NCBI GenBank assembly: GCA_963711945.1
Contig: CAVQGB010000001.1
Coordinates: 406,865-470,864, forward strand
Length of the DNA: 64,000 nt
Reading direction: 5' to 3'
Origin: an uncultured Verrucomicrobiae bacterium
Lineage (GTDB): Bacteria; Verrucomicrobiota; Verrucomicrobiia; Limisphaerales; UBA11358
The notes under the pieces were generated by a model. The model was not told the origin of the DNA, made no database searches, and worked only from the letters and a program-made list of their open reading frames with translations. A program made the position numbers and the translations under genes. This document shows positions 58,424-64,000 of the stretch, piece after piece (the stretch's first letter is position 1; every line of letters begins with the position of its first letter).

Positions 58424-59344
58424 TCAAAACACTTCCGCTTTCAATCCCGTCGTCCGCCGCACGACCTGCGCGATGTGGGACAGCGCCTTGAGCGGCAGAT
58501 GGTCGCAGCCGGGCCGCCAGACCGGGCGCGTGGCGGAATAGATCTGCACCAGCGAAATCTGCGCGCCTTGCGCCTTCAATTCCTTGAGCCGCAACGCGTA
58601 TTGGTCAATTTCGTCGAGCGACGGCTCCTCGCCGTTGATAAGCGGGAAAAGGCTTTGGATGACCACCGGACGCTGGCGTGCGATATTCAGGATGTTGGAA
58701 TGGATTTTTTCCAGCGACGTATCCTTCATCCGGCAGACGCGATCCAAATATTGCTGCGTAGCACCATCGAGCTTCACCCAGATTTCATCGGACAGGTTGA
58801 GCCGGCTCAAACTTTCCTGGACCTCCGGACGGTCCAGGCCGGTGCCATTGGTGATGAGGACGATCTTGAAAAACGGAAATCCGCCGGAGGCGCGGATGTG
58901 AATCACCTCACGCACCGCCTCGGCAAAACGCGGCGAAAGAGTCGGCTCGCCGTCGCCGCTCAAGGCCACGTGGCGCAGCCGCAGCAATTCGTCGGGCAGC
59001 GGCTGATACTGCGGTATCTCCCGCAGCCGGCCCTGCAAGACAAACGCGAGCGTCCGGCGTAATTCCGCGGCCAGGGCGGACGTGTTCAAATCGGCTGCCA
59101 CCGCCGGCGTCGAGCGGTCCACTTCGCAATACAGGCAGTCGAAGTTGCACTGCTTGTCGGGATTCATGTTGACGCCCACGGAAAGGCCGCGCGCCCGCGC
59201 CGAGATCACCACATAGACAAAGTGGTTGTTGAGAAAATCCCGCGGCCGGTCAAAGGCGACTTCACGCGCGGCGAGGTGCCGGCGTCCGTCCCATTGCCCG
59301 TTTGTCATGGTCACTTTGTCTCTCGTTGCTTCCACAAGTATCAC
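58424..59344 (-). CDS. radical SAM protein (COG0731-like Fe-S oxidoreductase)
   Basis: CNFDCLYC (CX3CX2C), and ..VALSGDGEPTL.. Confidence 0.7.
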   Translation of the reverse strand: MILVEATRDKVTMTNGQWDGRRHLAAREVAFDRPRDFLNNHFVYVVISARARGLSVGVNMNPDKQCNFDCLYCEVDRSTPAVAADLNTSALAAELRRTLAFVLQGRLREIPQYQPLPDELLRLRHVALSGDGEPTLSPRFAEAVREVIHIRASGGFPFFKIVLITNGTGLDRPEVQESLSRLNLSDEIWVKLDGATQQYLDRVCRMKDTSLEKIHSNILNIARQRPVVIQSLFPLINGEEPSLDEIDQYALRLKELKAQGAQISLVQIYSATRPVWRPGCDHLPLKALSHIAQVVRRTTGLKAEVF

Positions 59345-59552
59345 TGATACATTAGATGGAGACAGGATTTGGCACTACACGGTTATTGCCAAAAGCTTGA
59401 CATGGCTTGCGGGGTTGAAAGCATCCTTTCAGGCGGCGTTCCCGCCGCTTCACTTTGCATTTCTTGGCAATCATGAACCGTCTTTTGGGATAAACAGCCG
59501 CGCGCGATGGAGAAGGGTTGGAAACGGGGGATCTTTGTGATAAGCTGGAGGC

Positions 59553-60329
59553 ATGAATACAACGAATGTGACGACCTCCAAGAACGACCGTGCGAGCTGG
59601 CTGAAAGGCGGCAACGCCGTTTGCACCGCCCTCCCGCAAGCAATCCCGGAAAAAAACTGGCGGCTCGTGCTGCTCGGCTCGCCGGGCGTCGGCAAGGGAA
59701 CGCAGGCGGAATTGCTGACCAAACAATTTGGCGCCTGCCACCTTTCCACCGGCGACGTTTTTCGCGCGGCCAAATGCCTCGCTGACGACGAACGCAGCCC
59801 CGCGCTGGACCGCGCCCTTGGGTTCATGCGCCGCGGCGAACTGGTGCCGGACGAAATTGTGCTGGATATGGTTGCCGAACGCGTCGGGTGCCTGCGTTGC
59901 TGCGGCGGGTTCCTGCTCGACGGCTTTCCCCGCACCGTGGCGCAGGCGGAGGCGCTGGAAAAATTGTTGGCAAGGGAAAAACTGGCGTTGACGGCAGTGC
60001 TCGATTACGAACTGCCGGTCGAGGAAATCGTCGCCCGCCTTGGCGGACGCCGCACCTGCACCAGTTGCAAGGCGGTCTGTCACGTCGCGGACATGCCGCC
60101 CCGCGTCGAGGGTGTTTGCGACAAATGCGGCGGAAAATTGTTCCAACGCGAGGACGACCGGCCGGAAGCCATCCGTGTGCGCCTGGCGACCTATGAAAAA
60201 AGCACCCGTCCGCTGATTGAATTTTACCAAAAACGCGGCCTGCTGGTAACCATCAGGGCGGGAAAAACGCCCCAGGAAACTTTCGGACGGACAATGAACA
60301 AGCTTAACGAGCTTGGCATCAACCGCTAG
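59553..60329 (+). CDS. adk: adenylate kinase with a zinc-lid and an N-terminal extension
   Basis: [16 protein letters not shown]; lid [23 protein letters not shown]. Confidence 0.9.
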   Translation: MNTTNVTTSKNDRASWLKGGNAVCTALPQAIPEKNWRLVLLGSPGVGKGTQAELLTKQFGACHLSTGDVFRAAKCLADDERSPALDRALGFMRRGELVPDEIVLDMVAERVGCLRCCGGFLLDGFPRTVAQAEALEKLLAREKLALTAVLDYELPVEEIVARLGGRRTCTSCKAVCHVADMPPRVEGVCDKCGGKLFQREDDRPEAIRVRLATYEKSTRPLIEFYQKRGLLVTIRAGKTPQETFGRTMNKLNELGINR

Positions 60330-61384
60330 CAAATCCGCGGCAATTGCTCGCCGCTGGCCATGTCGAGAATGCGCTGAACGCCTATCGCGCTCTTGAGTGT
60401 CACCAGCGGCGCGGATTTTTCCGCGACTTTGCCGATGATTGCAGCGCCTGCGGAAACGTCGTGACGCCGCAGGATGTCCACCGCGCGGTTTGAATCCTTT
60501 GCCGCGACGAAGGCGATGAACCGTCCTTCGTTCGCAACGCTCAACGGATCAAGCCCCAGCATTTCGCACGCCGCGTGAACGTCTTCGCGGACGGGAATGG
60601 AATTCTCCTCCACCGCGATCTTCATCCCGGCGGCTTCCGCGATTTCGTTCAGCGCGCTCGTCAGACCGCCGCGCGTCAAATCGCGCAGGCAATGGATTTC
60701 AATTCCGGCTTTCAGCAAATCCAAAACAAGCTCGTGAACCGGCGCGGAATCGCTCACAATCCGACTCTCAAATTCCAACCCTTCGCGCACCGCCATGATG
60801 GACATGCCGTGCCGTCCCAAATCGCCACTGACCAGAATCGCATCGCCAGCCTGCACACATTGCGGCGCGAGTGTTTGTTCGTGCTCAATCACGCCAATGC
60901 CGGCGGTGTTGATGAACAGGCCGTCGCCCTTGCCCTTGTCCACCACCTTCGTGTCCCCGGTGACAATTTGCACGCCGCATTTCTTCGCAGCGTCGCGCAT
61001 GGAGCAAACAATTTTCCAGAGCGTTTCCATCGGCAGCCCTTCCTCGATAATGAACGCGCTGCTCAAATACAACGGTCGCGCGCCCGCCATCGCCAGATCG
61101 TTGACCGTGCCGTGAACCGCCATCGAGCCGATGTCGCCTCCGGGGAAAAACAGCGGATGCACGACGTAGGAATCCGTCGTGAAGGCCAGACGTTTGCCGG
61201 TCAAATCGAACACCGCCGCGTCGTGCTGTGTTTCCAGGATCGGATTGCGGAACGCCTCCAGAAACATCTTGCCAATGAGCTGGTGCATCAATTTGCCGCC
61301 GCCGCCGTGCGCGAGCACCACGTGCGGGTATTGGGAGATCGGGATGGGACAACTTGAATTGAATTCCATAAAAACATTCAACAT
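60326..61384 (-). CDS. hypE: hydrogenase maturation protein HypE (alternative start 61369)
   Basis: ..[11 protein letters not shown].. and the C-terminal GEQLPRIC. Confidence 0.9.
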   Translation of the reverse strand: MLNVFMEFNSSCPIPISQYPHVVLAHGGGGKLMHQLIGKMFLEAFRNPILETQHDAAVFDLTGKRLAFTTDSYVVHPLFFPGGDIGSMAVHGTVNDLAMAGARPLYLSSAFIIEEGLPMETLWKIVCSMRDAAKKCGVQIVTGDTKVVDKGKGDGLFINTAGIGVIEHEQTLAPQCVQAGDAILVSGDLGRHGMSIMAVREGLEFESRIVSDSAPVHELVLDLLKAGIEIHCLRDLTRGGLTSALNEIAEAAGMKIAVEENSIPVREDVHAACEMLGLDPLSVANEGRFIAFVAAKDSNRAVDILRRHDVSAGAAIIGKVAEKSAPLVTLKSAIGVQRILDMASGEQLPRIC

Positions 61385-61388
61385 TCAA
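61375..61388. repeat. (CATTCAA)x2, the same heptamer unit as at 2316 (rotated, opposite orientation)
   Basis: cattcaacattcaa spans the first annotated ATG of hypE. Confidence 0.85.
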
Positions 61389-61411
61389 CGCCCGAACGTT
61401 AAATGAACGGC

Positions 61412-61567
61412 GGGTGGCGCAGGCCTCCGGCCTGTAGTTTCGGGCGTCGCGCCCGAAACCACTGCGCAGGATGAACGACCGCACTCCGCAATTTTCGTGT
61501 CATGGCCATCGAAAACGCCACGACGAAAATCCGGCGCGACGCCGGATTTGACGGGCGCGACGCCCGT
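61412..61567. repeat. array of 4-5 GC-rich hairpins filling the hypD-hypE spacer (includes structured repeat copy B, 61412-61476)
   Basis: gtttcgggcg-tc-gcgcccgaaac (61437-61459), attttcgtg..cacgacgaaaat, aaatccggcg-cga-cgccggattt (61527-61549) and acgggcg-cga-cgcccgt (61551-61567). Confidence 0.85.
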
Positions 61568-61631
61568 TCCACCCACGGCATTGGGCGTTCCATGTCGGAT
61601 GTTGAGTGTTGATTGTTTCCTCATCGGTTTA

Positions 61632-62720
61632 TCAATCGTGCCGCCGGTAGCGGTAATACGCGGCGCACGCGCCTTCACCGGAAACCATGGGCGCGCCAAG
61701 CGGCCGCTCCGGCGTGCATTTCACACCAAAGGCCGGACATTCTTGCGGCTTGATTTGTCCCTGCAAAACCAGGCCGCTCAAGCATTCGGGAGATTCCTCG
61801 ACGCGGTTGTCCGCGATGCCGAATTTCGTCTCGGCGTCAAACAAGGCGTATTCCGCGCCCAGACCCAGCCCGCTCTGCGGTATTTCCCCGATGCCGCGCC
61901 ACTTGCGCGGCACCACCCTGAAGACCCTGCGAATCAACTCCTGCGCCGGCTGATTGCCCTCGCGCCTGACGGCCCGGACGTATTGGTTTTCCACCTCGGC
62001 CCGGCCGGATTCCAGTTGCCGCACGACCATCAGAATTCCATGCAAAATATCCAGCGGCTCAAATCCGGTGACGACAATCGGCACGCGGTATTTTTTTGCC
62101 AGCGGAAAATATTCCTCGAAACCCATCACCGTGCAGACGTGTCCCGCCGCGAGAAATCCCCGCACCCGGCAGTCCGGCGACGACATCAACGCTTCAATTG
62201 CCGGCGGCACGAGGACGTGCGAAATCAGCATTGAGAAATTCTTCAGGCCTTTCTGCGCCGCCTGGTGGATGGCCATGGCCGTCGCGGGCGCGGTGGTTTC
62301 AAAACCGACGCCGAAGAAAACAACCTCCTTAGCCGGATTTTGTTCCGCCAGTTTCACGGCATCGAGCGGCGAATAAACGATTCTCACGTCGCCCCCCCTG
62401 GCTTTGACGGAAAGCAAATCCGTCGTGCAGCCTGGCACTCGCAGCATGTCGCCAAACGAGGTGAAAATCACGTCCCGCCGCGCGGCAATTTCGAGCGCCT
62501 TCTCAATCATCTCCAGGGGCGTGACGCAAACCGGGCAGCCCGGCCCGTGGATCAGCTCAATTTTTTTCGGCAGCAGTTCGTCAATGCCGAACTTGACGAT
62601 GGCATGTGTCTGGCCGCCACAGACTTCCATTATTTTCCACGGCTTCGTCGTGAGGCGCCCGATCTCGCCTGCAAACTTCCGCGCCAGCTCCGCATCGCGG
62701 TATTCGTCAAGATATTTCAT
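61632..62720 (-). CDS. hypD: hydrogenase maturation protein HypD
   Basis: [20 protein letters not shown].., [10 protein letters not shown]. Confidence 0.9.
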   Translation of the reverse strand: MKYLDEYRDAELARKFAGEIGRLTTKPWKIMEVCGGQTHAIVKFGIDELLPKKIELIHGPGCPVCVTPLEMIEKALEIAARRDVIFTSFGDMLRVPGCTTDLLSVKARGGDVRIVYSPLDAVKLAEQNPAKEVVFFGVGFETTAPATAMAIHQAAQKGLKNFSMLISHVLVPPAIEALMSSPDCRVRGFLAAGHVCTVMGFEEYFPLAKKYRVPIVVTGFEPLDILHGILMVVRQLESGRAEVENQYVRAVRREGNQPAQELIRRVFRVVPRKWRGIGEIPQSGLGLGAEYALFDAETKFGIADNRVEESPECLSGLVLQGQIKPQECPAFGVKCTPERPLGAPMVSGEGACAAYYRYRRHD

Positions 62721-62971
62721 GGCGATTCCTCCTCCAGCTCGCCAAGAGCTTCAATTTGCTTCAGATACTCAAAAACTTTTTGCGCCTCATCCTCGTCCAC
62801 CTTGCTCAAGGCAAAACCGACGTGGACGATGACGTAGTCGCCGACCTTCACCTCCGGCACATACGCAAGGCAGGCCTGCTTGATGACGCCCGAAAAATCA
62901 ATCTTCCCCATGCGCGTCAACGGTTCGTCGCCGCTGATGCTCACCACTTTTCCTGGAATCGCCAGACACAT
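62717..62971 (-). CDS. hypC: hydrogenase maturation protein HypC
   Basis: [12 protein letters not shown].. Confidence 0.9.
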   Translation of the reverse strand: MCLAIPGKVVSISGDEPLTRMGKIDFSGVIKQACLAYVPEVKVGDYVIVHVGFALSKVDEDEAQKVFEYLKQIEALGELEEESP

Positions 62972-62973
62972 GG

Positions 62974-63008
62974 GATTTTTGATTTACGATTTACGATTTA
63001 CGATTTGC
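62974..63008. repeat. heptamer array (GATTTAC)x3 with degenerate flanking units, spanning the hypF stop
   Basis: The units are gattttt gatttac gatttac gatttac gatttgc. The hypF C-terminus ..QQIVNRKS and its TAA stop are encoded by the array. The hypC ATG is 3 nt away. Confidence 0.9.
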
Positions 63009-64000
63009 TGGTTCCGCAACGCGCCAACCACCTGTCCCAGAGCGATTCCGCCGTCATTGGGCGGCACGCGCTGGTGCCAATACGGCTGGAAGCCTTCCGC
63101 CTGCAACCGCCGCACCGTCCGCTCGGTCAAACGACGGTTTTGAAAACAGCCGCCGCTCAACACCACGCGCCGCCCGCCGGTTTTTTTTGCCACGGCAACC
63201 ACGGCTTCAGCGAGCGCATTGTGAAACATCGCCGAGATTCTGCCAATGACAACGCCTTTTTGCACGTCCGATAAAATCGCCTCAACCATCGGCTGCCAAT
63301 CAAGGATGAGTGACTGGTGACGGGTGATGAGTGACAAGTTGTAGCTTTCGTCCGTTTCGATTCCTTCGAGCGCGAATTCCAATTCCATGGCCGCCTGGCC
63401 TTCAAAACGCATTTTCTGCCGCAGGCCAATGAGCGAGGCCACGGCGTCAAACAGCCGGCCCATGCTTGACGTGACTGGCGAGTTCAATTTTTTTACCAGC
63501 ACCGCTTTCAAAGCGGACAGCTCCCCTTTCGTAAAAGCGGCGACCGTCGGCAAATCGTTTCGTTCGAGAACCGTTTCGCCGAACATCTCGTAAAGCAAAC
63601 CGATCGCCGGTCGGCGCGGCTCTCTGGCCGCTTTGTCACCGCCCGGCAACCGGAACGGACGCAAATATGCGATGCGTTCAACATGACTATCGGCAATCTG
63701 GAAAAATTCTCCACCCCAAATTGTGCCGTCCAGGCCGAATCCGGTGCCGTCCCACGAAACACCGAGCGCCGGCGGCACGATTTCATTCTCGGCCATGCAG
63801 GATAAAACGTGCGCGACGTGGTGCTGAACGCCAATGAGACGGGGCACGAAGCCGCCCCGGCTGCGGTTCGGCGCCCCCTCGCACGAAATACTCGCTGCGG
63901 GAGATTTGCAAAGATGTGATCCTGCATTTGCGGTCGTGCCGACGACAAGGACGTCGTCGGCCGCACCCGGGGCGGGCGCGCTCCCCATTTCCACCGCAAA
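62984..64000 (-). CDS. hypF: carbamoyltransferase HypF, C-terminal part (runs off the window; frame near 63850-64000 uncertain)
   Basis: ..GVQHHVAHVLSCMAEN..GVSWDGTGFGLDGTIWGGEF..LSGGCFQN.. Confidence 0.8.
   Translation of the reverse strand, partial: FAVEMGSAPAPGAADDVLVVGTTANAGSHLCKSPAASISCEGAPNRSRGGFVPRLIGVQHHVAHVLSCMAENEIVPPALGVSWDGTGFGLDGTIWGGEFFQIADSHVERIAYLRPFRLPGGDKAAREPRRPAIGLLYEMFGETVLERNDLPTVAAFTKGELSALKAVLVKKLNSPVTSSMGRLFDAVASLIGLRQKMRFEGQAAMELEFALEGIETDESYNLSLITRHQSLILDWQPMVEAILSDVQKGVVIGRISAMFHNALAEAVVAVAKKTGGRRVVLSGGCFQNRRLTERTVRRLQAEGFQPYWHQRVPPNDGGIALGQVVGALRNQQIVNRKS
63306..63340. repeat. degenerate heptamer array (GAYNRGT)x5 inside hypF
   Basis: The units are gatgagt gactggt gacgggt gatgagt gacaagt. 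They are translated as NLSLITRHQSLILDW. Confidence 0.8.

Overview
GC-rich bacterial chromosomal segment with several visibly AT-rich islets. It most likely comes from a PVC-superphylum (Verrucomicrobiota-like) organism. That placement is an inference from futalosine-pathway mqnC, a ~620-aa long-form GreA, a secretin-less GspE/GspF/pseudopilin operon and very abundant short palindromic repeats.

Gene content, left to right:
- rhaB, an ATP-grasp-like gene and proA
- a four-gene putative periplasmic copper-relay operon (CPxC membrane protein, outer-membrane barrel, SCO1, CusF-SCO1 fusion)
- an L,D-transpeptidase
- an ArnT-like GT39 glycosyltransferase translationally coupled to a radical SAM enzyme
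- a 21-bp phased repeat array
- an AT-rich islet with two signal-peptide plus RHS-core-tip toxin cassettes, each followed by a small membrane ORF
- a transglutaminase-like protein and mqnC
- a 7-gene T2SS/T4P-like operon with two complete GspF paralogs
- a BASS transporter, an MFS transporter, and a DUF423 gene split by an intact IS630-family element
- trpB
- a GH8 hydrolase and an ankyrin/zinc-ribbon islet, bracketed by a 60-bp duplication of the pntB 3-prime end
- pntAB
- a 4.5-kb tRNA-Glu integrative island (integrase, HigBA, degenerate ATPase)
- a Mo-oxidoreductase pair, amtB-glnK, pfkB, gatB, fabI, rsmB, long greA, psd-pssA, lysE, ychF, adk and hypFCDE

Two pervasive oddities stand out. 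First, heptamer/octamer tandem repeats and palindromic elements sit in-frame inside conserved enzymes. Second, 1-nt frameshifts are distributed very patchily: I count at least ~40 by eye, none of them between 4922 and 22284.

I found no rRNA and no CRISPR array. There is one tRNA. All calls come from reading the translations and the DNA by eye. No database search was run and no GC content was computed.
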